Positions 22,890 to 38,344 of a DNA stretch of 64,000 nucleotides are shown here, in pieces. The translations under genes were made by a program, and so were the position numbers. The stretch is from NCBI RefSeq assembly GCF_009914755.1, contig NC_060934.1, one strand, 5' to 3'. Every line of letters starts with the position of its first letter. Position 1 is the first letter of the stretch. This stretch comes from the human T2T-CHM13v2.0 reference genome, Homo sapiens. Under the pieces are notes generated by a model, which saw nothing but the letters and a program-made list of their open reading frames with translations, ran no database searches and was not told where the DNA came from.

Positions 22890-23300
22890 TAATATAATTA
22901 CTTCAACACATATGTATTGAGTGCCTTCTATGCTCCAGATCCTGTTCTAGGCACTGGGGATACATCAGTGAATAAAATAGACAAAAATCCCAGCTCCATG
23001 GAGCTTATATTCTAGCAAGGGGAGAAAAATAACATAGATAAGAGAATAAGTTCTGTAGTATGTTAGAAAATAGATGTTAAGGAAGAAAGAAAAAGTAGAG
23101 CAGGAATGACTGCTTAGTGGACATTCACGAGGTTCCAGTGTGCTGAGCATTTTACATGCATTATTTCATTCAATCTTTGCAAGAGTGTTAGAGGATTCCC
23201 ATGTCACAGATGAAGAAACTGAGGTTGAGTAAAGTGAAGTGATTTGTCAAAGGTCATGCTTCAGTAATAGTAGAAGCAGGATTGGAACTCCTCAGACTGT
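22890..23300. mobile_element. L2 3' fragment followed by MIR
   Basis: tatgtattgagtgcc...ctaggcactggggata (L2) and cagatgaagaaactgagg (MIR core). Confidence 0.65.
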
Positions 23301-23353
23301 TGACCACACCCACGTGGCATGAGAAAGGCACCAGGGGCCACCATCTTCCTTAC

Positions 23354-23404
23354 CCATCTCCCATCCTTGTCTGAAGGTGGGTTGAAGCGTCGCCCTTTGG
23401 TCAT
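23354..23404 (-). CDS. TEX36: TEX36 coding exon 1 (MTKGRRFNPPSDKDGRW)
   Basis: ATG at 23404-23402, 17 codons, then a GTAAG donor (forward cttac 23349-23353). The peptide matches the TEX36/C10orf122 N-terminus as I recall it and joins in phase 0 to the next exon. Confidence 0.93.
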
Positions 23405-23845
23405 TCTCTCCAGGAAGCTGAATGTGGCTGAGATTGGCTCCCTCACCTCTCCATAAGCTCTACATGTCTGGGAAGCTGCTTCCTAAACTTCATAAGCTCT
23501 ACACGTCTGGGAAGCTCCTCCTCCTCCTTGTTCCTGATCTTTACTTCTCAGCCTCTTCCAGGAGGGGAAGGTGCGGGTGCCCATTGTTGTCATGGAATGG
23601 GAACTCACCCATCACAATGGGCAAAGGAGTCTTCTAAACCCTCGGAGGATTCTTGCCACTGGTTCCTTGCAGCTGTGACTCCCCAGGGTAAGAGGCAAAG
23701 AGCCACCAGGTCCCAGCTGAGGAAGCCCTGTGGTCAGCTCAGACAGGTAAGGACAAGATGATTTGGGGGTAATGGCAAACATTTTGTACCCTCTCAATTT
23801 TTGAACCAATAATGTTTGAGTTGCATGTCCCCCTGGCAACTGTAT
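23405..23845 (-). promoter_or_regulatory. TEX36 5' leader and CpG-poor promoter region
   Basis: Lies immediately upstream of the TEX36 ATG. Has an imperfect RFX X-box GTTGTCATGGAAT at 23586-23598. The TSS cannot be read from sequence. Confidence 0.5.
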
Positions 23846-25833
23846 GTTCCAACCTGTTAGTTTTCAGAGAAGTAAGTTGAGTCCCAGGCTGGGGGTGACC
23901 TTGTCTGCATCAGTGGCACTGCTGCACCCAGGACCCACGCTGCCTACCATCTCCTTCTGTGGCAGCCTCTGTGTCTCAGCTCGGACCCAACCTCAGGACT
24001 CACTCACAGCCACTCTTACCTGCCTGGCACAGCATTGAGACCATGAGGAAGTAACACTCATGAATAATTATTATATGCCAAGTGCTGTGCTAAACTAAAC
24101 ATTCACCTGTTTTTATTTTTTCTCCACGACAACCTTCAACATTTACAAATAGGAAACAAGGGACATACAGCAATGGATGGGATGCCACAAGTCCCAGCAA
24201 GGTCATGGGCCAGCTCCAGAGCTCATGAGCCTTGCCAAGGGCCACCTGGCATCCCCAGGGCTGCAAAGGCTGCTCGTGAAATCTGGCGTTTCTCTCGGGG
24301 CCTGGACACACACGTCCTGCCTCCCTTCTACTCAGTAAGGTGTTTTCTGCTTTTCTTTCTTTCTTTTTTTTTTTAATGTTGTGTCTTGCCAATTCTCTTG
24401 GCTACTCCGTGTGAATACGAGAGTAAACACATGCAGGACAACCTGTCCAGCTGCTCTCTCACTCAGAAATTGTGTCCTCCACCCTTTCCTCCTCCAGTCA
24501 CCCTCCTAGGTTTTCCAAGGAGAGTTGCTGTAGTAGTGATAGAGGACCTTATCCACTGCCAGCACTGAAGGGCCAGAGGTGGCCCTTAGATGTGACACCG
24601 GAGATGCACAGGTCCTCTTGCACTATGATGCCAAAAGCCACATGGTAAGGAGAGGAGGAAAAGGTGGTGGGCCACCTCTTTTGGTGTTGCAGAGCTGCTG
24701 TACCAGGCAATACTGTTGTGTGTGGAGTAAACCCTTCCAGGATTTCTGCTACCTGCTGACAAACCCAGTGCAACAGACACTATTTTTCACCTTTACCAGG
24801 CATTGCCCACTGCTCTCCAAAGCCCAGGTGTAAAGAAATACTCCCAGCAGCAGCAGTGCAAGGGAGTTCTGTCGTCTCACAGCCTTGCCAAGACGCACTA
24901 TATTGATTACGAACAAATTTGACTGGGACAGGAAACCCGAACTAACAGGGGCTTAAACATGATAGACATTTATTCTCTCTGCGTAGTGAAGTCCAGAGGG
25001 AAGTAGTCCAGGCTCGATATGGTGGCTCTGCTGTTCAGGATTCTCAGAGATGAGGCTCCCTCCCACCTACCACCACTCACCAGCTCCAGGGGGCAGCTGT
25101 CATCACTTGGCCCCAGATGGCATCTGCGTTCCAGGCAGCAGAATGCAGAAAGGGAAGTAGAGGGGAAAGGGCGTGTCCCCATGGATCATATTGGGCCAAC
25201 CCCAGTTGGCTCAGCTGCTTCCTCCTAAGGAAGTTTCCTGGCAGCTGCCATACAACACTTCCTCTCGTGGGCCAGGACTTCAACCACATAGTCAGGCCTC
25301 ACTGTAAAGGGAGCTGCAAAGTAGGCATTGTCCTGGTGGGATGATTGCCCAGCCGAAAGTTTAATTACCATGGAAGAGACAGAGAAGCAAAATCAAAGGA
25401 CAGCCTGAAGGTTCTGCCACCCCAGCGGGTGTTCTCTTATCTTTAATTTGATCATTTAATTCCCCAAATTCTAACAAGAATAAGCCTAACTTCATTCCAA
25501 TTAGCCTGGCCAGGGCAGGGGGAGGGTGCAGAAGACGATGCACAGTGCTGTCTACTTCTCAGCATTGTGCTCACATAGCACCTTATAAATACTCTGCAAA
25601 CTCTAACGTACTTTGCAAAACTAAGGAAGAACACATGAAAGGCACGTCAATGTTTACTAAGTACTTTTATATTCATTGTTTTATATAACTTTCACGACAA
25701 CCCTAAGACGTGTGCTGGTTATCTTTCTTTTGTGTGTACCCCTCTCCCAGTCATTCTCCATCTATTCCCTGTTCTGCAGTCTGGAGTCTAAGCTGTAAAG
25801 GCTGTATCCCCTATTCCCCTATGCTTTGGCTCT

Positions 25834-26150
<317 letters not shown>

Positions 26151-26222
26151 CATGCTTTGGCTCTGGTTGGATTCATCCCATAGGAAATAGCAGTGGGAAT
26201 CAGAAGGGCAGAAGGAGATAGA

Positions 26223-26410
26223 CAGTGTTGTGCTCATAAATGGTTCACAACCAGCTCTCCAGAGGAAACGCAGCCTGATTTGTAGTGGCATCTGCCAATT
26301 TCCATGCATAAATACTTCCACCATGGTGGATTTCAAGCTACTGACATCACTGAACATGGAATTGGGAAGAGATGTACATAACACATTCTGATACATCACA
26401 GGTTCAAAGT
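26223..26410. mobile_element. MER63-like hAT DNA transposon
   Basis: taaatacttccaccatggtggatttcaagctact...ttgggaagagatg resembles MER63. Confidence 0.55.
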
Positions 26411-28647
26411 ACTGGCCCCCCAGGCTCTATCCCTACCAGGCCAGAATTTGGAAGGGGCTGTATTTGTCTACTTATGTCCATAGCTCCTGCCGGGCAGCCC
26501 CTTCCCCACAGCCACAGTTCTCCCCGCTCACAGTGCCCTCTCCCTACCCCTTTGGCCCAGGGATAGACAGGCTTCCTGCTCTTGCTGGTCCCAGGAAGCT
26601 GCACCATTCCTTGTCAGTTCCTGTAACCCTGCCCACATCTCTGAGAGGAGACCCTTCATTACAGTCTCGTCTGTCACTGGTTTCACTGCAGGGATGCGGA
26701 CTGAAGCCGAAGCAGGTGTTAGTAATTGTCGTACCTACAGACGAGGAAACCGAGCCTCCATGAAGTGAAGTGACTCACCCACAGTCACACAGCTAATATA
26801 TGCCAGAGCCCACAGCAGAACCCAGACGTACTGAGGCCAAGTTCCATGCCAGCATAAAACAGGTTTTGTTTTAATGCACTTGCTTGACGCTGTTAAATTA
26901 TTGAGCAGTGATTTTATAAGAGGATTCCTTTTAATTCCCTTTCCTTAACCTGCACAAAACAGGGCCTGCTGAAATGCCTAGCGCTTCAACAAGGTGAGCT
27001 CTTGTAGGCCAGGGGCCAAATGACGGACATCATGTGCCACCAACACCACACAGATGAAGGCGGTGGGCCAGGGCAGAGTTCTGGTTCTCCTGCATCCTAA
27101 GATGAAAGCTAAAGTCAGAAAGGAGGGAGGAAGACAATGACGACATTTAAAACCTAAAAACAGCGGCCATTTCCAACTCAGTATTTCACACACATTCACT
27201 TTGTCTCAACCAATAGAGCAGAAAATCTCTTAGAACTGAAACTTCATTTTCAAATATGTTTCGCATCTCCTCTGTATTTAGTCTTATGCTCTGTTAAACA
27301 AGGTATATGACCGCTGGTTAACATATGTTCCAATTTTCTCCTTTTGAATGATTGTTTAAAATTCTAACAAATTTGTCCAGGAAAATCAAAACTGAACAAA
27401 GAAACCTGGCCAGAAAAAATGAAATTCTACTTCTCTTCAGCTAGGATTTATTTCTCAGCCACAGATTGGAGTAGGGATGCTCATGGTGGCTGTTATTATT
27501 TTCAGAGGTTTAAACTACTGGGCTGTACTTTGTGACCCACCATTCTGAAAACAAGTCCTGTAGCACCAAGGGTCCTCAGACCACCAGGGCCGAGAACGCC
27601 CGAGGGTCAAGTTGGGTCCTGCCTCAAGCCTTATGCACATGCTCGCACGTAGTGGTCCAAAACCGCCAGCTAGGGACTGTCTGCAAAGACAACACTGAGC
27701 CAATCTCTGCTTCAACAAATATCACTGCACATTTGCCATGTGTCACAGCACTAAGGCAATCACCAAAAATCAGTTCTTTATAAATAGCAAATCATGAATT
27801 TAGCAATACATTCAATGACCAGTACCTCAAAACTATTGATTAACCAAAAATTATTTTCACTGGACTACCTACAACATTAACAGCAAATTGTTTTGTCCAG
27901 TGTATTTTTTGACATGACAGTTTTTGTGGACTTTGAATTTTAAGTCTTTTTTCTTAAAGATAGTGCAGGGTAAATGCGCCTATGTCTTCCATGCATTTCC
28001 AGGGCAGCATGCCACTCCTCGTTTTAATGATTTGCTGTCTTTTGCAGGAGAGGAAGTGGTAGAATTAGGGAGACTTTGCAGGAATGTTCTCACATGTGTG
28101 TCTGCACATGCCTACCCACAAGTCCACCCACAAACACTCAGCTGCCACCTATGCAGGCATGTTACAGTTTGTCGGTCTACCAAATGAAAGATTCATTTTC
28201 ATGTTTACATCTGCAAATCCTGGACAATTAAACATGCATATGAGGAAGGCCAATCCATTTGTATGTAAAATGTTGACCATCTAAGAAATACTCAGGTATC
28301 TTAACTATAAAGCACATTTTGGGCTCACCTTGTAAGGGTGAATCTGGATTCTTTCTGCAAATAACAACCAAATTGAAGTGACTCAGCTGCATTTATTTAT
28401 TATGATACATGATTCATATGGTACTAGTAGAAATTGTCATGAATATACAGCACATTTGTATGCTGCCATCTTGAAAAGTATTCAGGCATCTATAACATAA
28501 AGCACATTTTTTGTTACCCTATGTTGCAAACTATATGGAAAATCAACTGTATCTCTCTTGCTCACACTCAAGGGAACAATTCCTGGATCAAGACAAGAAA
28601 GACAAAACCAGTTGAAAGATAAGAAGGATAAGTTGGCCCACTAGAAC

Positions 28648-28964
<317 letters not shown>

Positions 28965-29485
28965 TAGAACATCTATTAAATTGAAAGGTAGAAACTAACT
29001 GTAATATTTACAAAACTTCTTGACTCTGCTGATGCTCATGACACCCCAAATTCAAATTTCACAAGACATTGTCATTGTAATGACTGAATTTTTGACATCC
29101 TTGCCAAAACAAGAATTGCTATAAACTGTCCAAATCATTTCTAGAAAAGCTTTTGGTTAATTGATAACTTGGAGAATTGGTCACCCAAAGAAGTGCTGTG
29201 ACCTAGGAAATTGTACTGGATACAGTGACAGGCGCAGTAAATACAGTCACTGACCTCATGAAGCTGAGGTAAGGGAGATAGACATTATTGCACAAATAAT
29301 TGGTATGACTGTGAGAGGTCCAGGGTGCTCCAGGAGCCTGTGACAGTGAATGAATGTGAAAGACGATGAAGAAATGAAGAATGACGTCAGCAAACCAAGG
29401 AAGATGGAGAGTGTCCCAGGCAGATTGATGACTGCTGCAGCCCTGATGTTGGGAGGAGCTTGGCTCACTCAAGAATCTAAGAGGA

Positions 29486-29868
<383 letters not shown>

Positions 29869-31089
29869 TCAGGCAGCCCGAGAAATGTGGACAGGCACCT
29901 TGCCCTCGGTGACCTGGACCAACTGACAATGTCAGTAGGAGGCAGAGATGCAGGTGATGGGCGACAACAACAATAAAATCAGCTGGGAGCTTTGGCCTTC
30001 TGAAAAAAAGCACCTTAGAAATAAGACTCACACTAGAATATAGCAGATGTGTTGAGCGTATTTGTTCTTTCTCTAAATTCCGAGAAAGGCGGAAATATTT
30101 AGTTGGATTTCTGTTTCTCTACTTGTTGGGAGTTTTATTCCTATTTCCACTTCTGTGTTTCAATGTTTGTTGAGGTTTACATGAAGACTTTATGCTATTG
30201 TTTTCACTCCCTGGAAAGACAGCTGCTTTTGTCCTCTCGCAGTTTGAACGGGCTAGTCCTCCGAAAACACAGACTAAAAGACAGCAGTAATTACATGTGT
30301 GGTTCAAAATGAAGAGCACTAAAATGGAAAATGCCAGCCTCTAGAATCGTGAAGCAAAATGGCAAAATAAATATCTATTTTTCAGCTGAAGGGAAAACGA
30401 ACAGTGTCTTAGAACATGACAGAAAGTTGATCTCTACCCCACACAGGGACAGAATTAGGGCAGGCAGGGTTCCTAAATGAAGAAGAGATCTGCAGGCCTT
30501 TTAAAAACCTCTCTTATCCTCTTATTTTGTACTATAAAACATAATGGAGATCTCATCAACTTGGCAGGAAATCACAAGCTCATAAAAGAGCCTTGTTACA
30601 AAGATAATAATAAGACAAAGTCATAAAAGGCAGACTTGGGCTGAGTGCTGGCTTTAGGCTTCACTTTCTCCAACTCTACAGGGATCTAGGGTTCATCAAC
30701 TCAGTTAATCGTGTGGATGGCCACCAATACAATGTGTCCTTTCTTGATCTTGCTCTTTGTTCACATTCCAGGGCATTTTTGCCAATGGGGTGTGCCTTGG
30801 AAAGGCGAACGGGAAATGTACACCACATTGAGCCTTACCATGTTGCCTTCTGCACACTCAGCTGAGTAAACGATACCGTAACGGAGAGCTGATAGGGCTG
30901 CCATCAAAGCCCGTCTAGACACTTCCCTTCACTCCAGGGATGACTGGCTGGTTCTTTGTGGCCATCAGCCTCCACTCTGGCTTCAGTGCATCTTGTCACC
31001 AAACCATCAGCTGTCTTTTTCTTTTCCTACCCCTCTCATGTTTGCTTTGGCTGTAAGGTAAGGGAACCCTCCTTCAAGGACCTCCCTGC

Positions 31090-31242
31090 TCCAGTTGTGG
31101 ACCTGGGACTAGCAGCATCAATATCACCTGGGAATCTATTAGAAATGCAGGATCTCAGGCCCCAGCCAGACCTACTAAATCACAATCTGTGCTTTAACAA
31201 GATCCTCCAGGTGATTCATGCTCTCATTAAAGTTTGAGAAGC
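31090..31242. mobile_element. MER5A-like DNA transposon
   Basis: agcagcatc...acctgggaa...ttagaaatgcag...tttaacaagatcc..caggtgattc...aagtttgagaa. Confidence 0.75.
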
Positions 31243-33185
31243 GTCTCCTTATAGAATCGGGAGAGGCACCTGGGCTGTGTCTAGGTCAATACCACCTCAG
31301 TTCTTCTAAGGGAAGGACAACGGATTGCCAGTGCCCCTTGGGCACATTTGACCTTGCACCTGCAGATAAGCGCTGAAGCCTTTTCTCAACCTGCTACCTT
31401 TAATTGGACAGCGGTTACTGTACTGCTAAACTTTTAAAGATTCAGAAGCCAAAGTCAGGGACCAAAAGAGTCAGTTTGCATTGTGTTTACCTAGAAGGTT
31501 TTCCCTCAGGAGCTCAAAACCTTTCTAGACTGTACCATACCCACCTTCCTGTGTGCCTGATATGCAAGTAGGGAAGTGGATAATGTTTTACCCTGGAGGA
31601 TCCTGAGACACACGCTGTTTCTTTGCAGAGTTACATAAACATGTTGCGGTGTGGCTGTCTTAATGTTTAATTTAGATTGCTGCCCCATTGATTCAACTGT
31701 GGCCCAGGCACATGAGAGTAAACCAAATTCACGGTTTTGCCATGCCACGGTCCAGTCGTTTTGACTGTACAAGAACGACCACATAAGAGCTGTGCGCCTA
31801 ATTAAGCACTTAGTCAATAACCCACTCCCTCTGGACTGAGTCATTTGCTTTATCCATTGCGGAAACGAGATCAAGCTGGGCAGTGAATGTGGGTAATTCA
31901 TGCAGGAAGAACGCATTTAAGGTGAGGGTGGATTGATTGGAATTAGTTATTTCAGACAGCAGAGCGAGAGAGACTGAGAGAGAGAGACTGTGTGTGCGTG
32001 TATGTGTGCCTTCCCTCCCCAGGTGATTCCAATATTCCTTTACAAACAGCACGGCAAGGTCAAGTCCAGCCTCCAGGCGTGCAAGTACATGTGGGGACTA
32101 TTTAGCGCCAGCATCCCAATGTGGAGGTGTTGATGCCACCGTGCTGGGCCCAGAGATTTGGGGACAGAGTCTGTCATTGGTATGCACACAGCTCACTACT
32201 GTATGATTTTTTTAAGTAATTTGATGTGTCTAATTGTTCTGCGGTGAGATAAGAACATTCCATTTTATCTGAAGTCACAAGACAGCTTATTGACGACACT
32301 GTCTTACTGGTACAGCACATAATAGCATTGTTAGGGGAAATGTCAGCGAAGTCACTGAAGGGTGGAAAAACATGAAATCAAATTTCTCACATGACAATAG
32401 CCCAAATATTCACTGGGCTCTTGCTTCCACAGAATGTGGCTGAGGCTTCTTTTCAGGCTGATTTGTTTCGCCACGGTACAGTGTCCATCCAGCCAACCCA
32501 ACCAGCAGCCACACATTTTAGCAAGTCCTCTACGCTTCCTCCTCCCAGGAAGAGGTCTGCACACTCTTCCCTATGCTTTAAAAGTCTCTTTGCAGAGAAT
32601 TCATTTTCATAACATCCCGAGCATCCTAAGACTTCATGTGTATTCTTTCATCAGCCATCTGCTAGGGGAGATGCATCCATAAGACATCTTCCTTCACTGG
32701 CATAATTAAAAGAGATTCTCTCCCTTCGAATGTTGTGTTACATTTATATTCAAAGTTATTTTGCTCTCTCTCTGCCCTTGCCCTCAAGGAATTGTGGGAA
32801 TTCAAGTTAATAGGCTTTTAATGGTTCTGTGATAACTGTGATTATAAACTGTGAATCAGATCAGGGAGAGCATCCAAGTTCAGCTGCATCTCACGCAAAA
32901 AGACACCACCATTGCTTTTGATCCTCAGTGGAGATTTGGTTTTCAATGTTCAGACACCACCATCCTTGGGGAAAAAAAAAGAAGAAGAAAGGTACCTCAT
33001 TTGCTTTGCAATTGCTTTGATAACAATTTTAAAGCTTTTAACTACACATTCTCCTTTTGATATGTTAGTGGTATTTAGAAACACATCCTGTTGCTAAAAA
33101 TTAAATTTCAAAGTCTACGATTGTATTTCCTGCTTCCTTTTTGAGGGGAAGATGCTGGGTTTATTTAAAACACATGCAACATGTT

Positions 33186-33187
<2 letters not shown>

Positions 33188-33221
<34 letters not shown>
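33188..33221. repeat. (AC)17 microsatellite
   Basis: Direct reading. Confidence 0.95.
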
Positions 33222-33224
<3 letters not shown>

Positions 33225-34348
33225 CTTCAACCTTTCACCACCAAATATTTAGAAATAAATTTTTACTGTGTTCTCTGAACATATAATTACTGCTTTGAGG
33301 CTAGTTAATGAAAATATACTTTTCTTTGAAACATGTTGGCTTTACTAAATGAGCCTGTCCTTGTGAGTCCATAGATGAATCGATTGTGAGCCTCCTTTAA
33401 AAAAGAGGCATTTTGATCATTGTTGCCAGATGTCTCAAGAAAGCCTGCCAGGCTGGGGCTAGAAACGCAGCCTTAAAATAGTAGGCACGTAATTGTACCA
33501 TCAGCCAGTTAGGGCCCTGAGAGCAAATTAGCAATCACTCCCATTGGCCAGAATAACTATGACTTTTGCGTGGCCGGCCCAGGGACATTCCGGCAAGCAT
33601 CTCCTACTTTGGCCAATTGTTGCTGGCATCTGAAAAGGCCATAATAAATGATTGGCCCTCAATTTTAAAAAGCTGTTTTGCTGAAACACCTCAGCTCACT
33701 TCCCAGGAAAATCCTTATGGCCATTTCTAGAGACCAAGCCATTGTCTAGACAAATTAACCTGTGTGGTTGGAATACGTAGTTCTGAATGCCAGGGCCCTT
33801 ACTAACACTGGCCTTTGGAGAGAAGGTCTTGCTCTCACGTAGGGAAGTCCTTACCTACAGGCCCTCCTTCAGGGATTGTCCAGTAGAAAACCCACGAGAT
33901 CGAAAGCTGAGTAATTGAGTGACAGACGCACTGCCTTCTTGAATAGGCACTGTCTCAAATTGGAGATTGCATTCACCCCAATGTAAGGAGACATTTGAAT
34001 GAGAAGCAGTGGGAAGGAATAGACCCTGAAAGACCAGTTCGTCTGTAAAGAACAAAGAGCCGCTGTAGCAGGAAGTCTCACCTACAGAGGTTGGCTCTCA
34101 CTTTAGGCACTGTTCACTGGAGCTGCCAGGCCTGGCATTAGGACAAAGAATTAAGAAATTACTATTGGCAGCAAAAAGTAATTGGGTAGCAGTGGCTCCC
34201 AAAAAGCCTTACAAATATCCATATCTTATGATCCAGCAATTCTACTCCTGAGAATTTACCCCAAGAAAATACCCAAGTATTCACACAAAGATTTATCCCT
34301 AAGTATGCTCATTACAGCATTTGTTAGGGAAAAAAATTGAAACAATTT

Positions 34349-34830
34349 ATAGTAGTCCTCCCCTTATCCAAGGGAGAAATGCTCCAAGACCCCAGTGGAT
34401 GCCTAAAACCGCGCGTGGTACAGACGATCCCAACATAGAATGATTCCGCTTGTGAGTTTTCAACTTTTCAGTGGTGCAAAAGTGATACCCAGACAGCAGG
34501 CTCCTGGACGTACGATGGTGTTCAACCTAAGATATGTTAAATTTACAATAACTTTATCTAGATGTAACCCCATTGTAAGTCGAGGAACATCTGTTTATAC
34601 TACTTTCTTTTCTATACATACGTACTATACATTCTATACATACATATGATAAAGTTTAACTTATAAATTAGACACAGTAAGATATTAAAAACAACTAATA
34701 ATAACATGGAACAACTATAACAATATACCATAGTAAAAATTACATGAATGTGTTTTTTCTCTCTCTGTCAAAATACTGTAATATTTTTGGACCACAATTG
34801 ACCTTGAGTAACTAAAACTGCAGAATTAAA
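34349..34830. mobile_element. MER44-like Tigger element with a nested Tigger4-like element (~34421-34593), inside an L1M fragment
   Basis: agtagtcctccccttatcc...ccaagaccccagtggatgcct start. The inner element ends gtaaccccattgtaagtcgaggaacatctg. Confidence 0.6.
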
Positions 34831-37447
34831 AAGAAAAGTAAATACATAAATAGAATAATCCTTTTTGTAAATATATATCCACATATTATGGGAAAACTGC
34901 AGATTACACAAATATTTAGAATTATTTATTTCTTTTTTCTTCATTGAGCGTTTCCAAATTTCCATAAGGAACATATTTGTATTGTGGTCAGAAACAAAAT
35001 TTGACGATTTTTTAAAAAGAAGGTATGGCAAACCAAGTAATGTATGATCAATGTCTTGCGGCAATTCAAGACCCAGACAATTGGAAGGCTGTATAAATTA
35101 AGCTACAAAACCCAGAGAACTAGAGGTGGTCTGCAAAGAATAGAGACGACCAGACTGGCTGACGGTCAAATCATAAATTTGCATGTGTTCCAAAAACGTG
35201 TTCCACCGGCAATCCTCCAAATTGTGTCAGGTGCTTAAAATACCACAGTGCATAATAGGTGATCCCTATTCAAGGGTTCAAATCCTGACCGAGGAACGCA
35301 TCCACATTTCCACAGAAGCACTGTCATTCCACCCTGTGGCAGGCAGAGAAGCTTTCCTGTCAGCTCCTATGGAATCCACTTTAATAAGCCTTGCACTATG
35401 GAATGTGAAATCATAGAAAGCTTAAAGAATGCTGAGACATGGTGCTTGGCCTCACCCCAGACTCTTAAGAGGGAAGCCTTACAGTCAAACAATGAGTAAT
35501 AATAAACCTCCAAGTTCCAGTAAAATTCCTGATAAGATCTTTAAGCAGGAAGGCCATGACCAGCTAAAGTGTCTTTATGGGTTCCTCTAAACACAGTCGT
35601 GAAATTTTCAAAGCTTCCACCCTCAGGAATCAGACTCAAAAGAAATAAATTGTGTGTGTGTGTGTTACATATAAATCTTCTCCATTATTGAAAGCTTTTG
35701 GCATGATTTCTTTAGTATCCAGTGCTAATTTTTACAGTAAATAGACAGCCTGACAGATTCTTACCTAAGGGGTTAAGGCAGGTGCCAAGGGCACTGGCCA
35801 AGTGATCCAGACCAGGGTTGGGTCACAGGGGCCAGATCTGAATTTAGAGGGCAGTCATGGGGGACTCGGAGGCAGGAGGAACTGGGTGCATGGAGGCCAT
35901 TTGGGGCTTGCCTCTCCAGCATCCAGCATCCCTCTTTTTCCAACAATAGCTGTCTCTCCATCTCTCCTGATTGTCATTCCATATGGCTTAAGTGGAGTTG
36001 ATTCTGCCCTTGCTCCAATACCAGCCAATCAGAGCAGCCCATTCCCCTGGCAGTAATGTTTGCTTCTGCCGTGGGTACATGACCCAAATCAGAGTGAATT
36101 AAACTCCGTTCTAGACTCTTATTTGGGCAGAGAATCTCAATCTTTCCTGACAGATTTGAATCTAAAAGCACATGGGCTGGCATTTCTGCTGCCACCTTCC
36201 CACGCCCATGCCTCGAGAATGAGGCCAACTCTTGGAGAAGGCTGTGGGAGGAGCTGAGGGGTCTTGGGTTCTGGCAACTCCAGCTGAACCTGCACCTGAA
36301 CCCGGCAGTACCTCTGAACCTTTCTGCACATCAACCAATAAAGTTTCCTTCTTGCTGTTAAGAGGGAATGAAGATTGAGGGAGAAGCTAGGAAAGAAAGA
36401 AGACTTGGCCTCCCAGGCTGAGTGTGAGAGGACGCTATGGAGATGTGCCATACTAGACAAGTTTCTTTCCAGTGGGAAAGAGAGAGATGGGGCCACTGGA
36501 GGGTAGAGGGAAAGAAAAAAACAGGCTCTGCTCTCCCAGGATCAGAGACTCCTACCAGAGTCCAGGCTAAAGCCTCCAAAGCCCAGGACCACATGTCTCT
36601 CCCTGACCCATGTTTCTGACCCATCCCCTGCTGTCCACCAATGCTGAGCATGTCTCAGTCCTCTACCATGCTTAGCCTCTGCAAGACAGGGTCTCCTGGT
36701 ATTGACTGTCTCCAGGAGAGCAGGTGGGAAGCTGAGCCCCAATGTGGGTGGGGAAAGGAGAGGGGGAATTCCAATTCCCTGGTCCCTGTGGACCCTCCAA
36801 CCCCAGCCCACCCACTTTGGGTTTGATGTCACCTGCAAAGCACCATTGTTCCTCCTGGGAAAGGACTTCTTTTGGAAAATCCTGGGGCCTTCACGACAGC
36901 CCCACCGCTCATCCTATAATTTCAGCTTTCCCTCCACCTGGCACAGACAGACCAGATGCACACCTCAGGGACCAAGCGACCCCTTCTTGTCCTGAGTGTA
37001 GTTTCCTTTTTGTTGACAAGACCAGCTCCTCTGTTACCCACAGGGCCCAGTCACTCCCTTTAGGGTCTGACAGGCATGGTAAGGAAGTTATGAAAACTTT
37101 GAAAAAGCAAAAGGCAAAGGCCCCACCAATTCAATTTCATAGAATAAAATTGATAGGTTCCATATTCAGTATATTCCCTTAATCATCCCCATATCAGTAT
37201 CATTCATATGCAATTGTTTATTTTTCTGTTAAAAATCAGCATTCTCATCTGGCAACTTTGTTGACCATGTTTTCTGGATTTCAGTGCACTTGGACTCTTC
37301 GGTCTGAAAAAATTGCTAACCTCTGTTTTAACCCAATCTCCAGTGCAGTAAAACAATGTTTAAAAAGCACATTCAGAATAATTTGTTATTATTATATAAT
37401 AAGTCATACTTGAAAACAAAACTCACCTGAATGCTAATGCCTCACTA

Positions 37448-38344
<897 letters not shown>

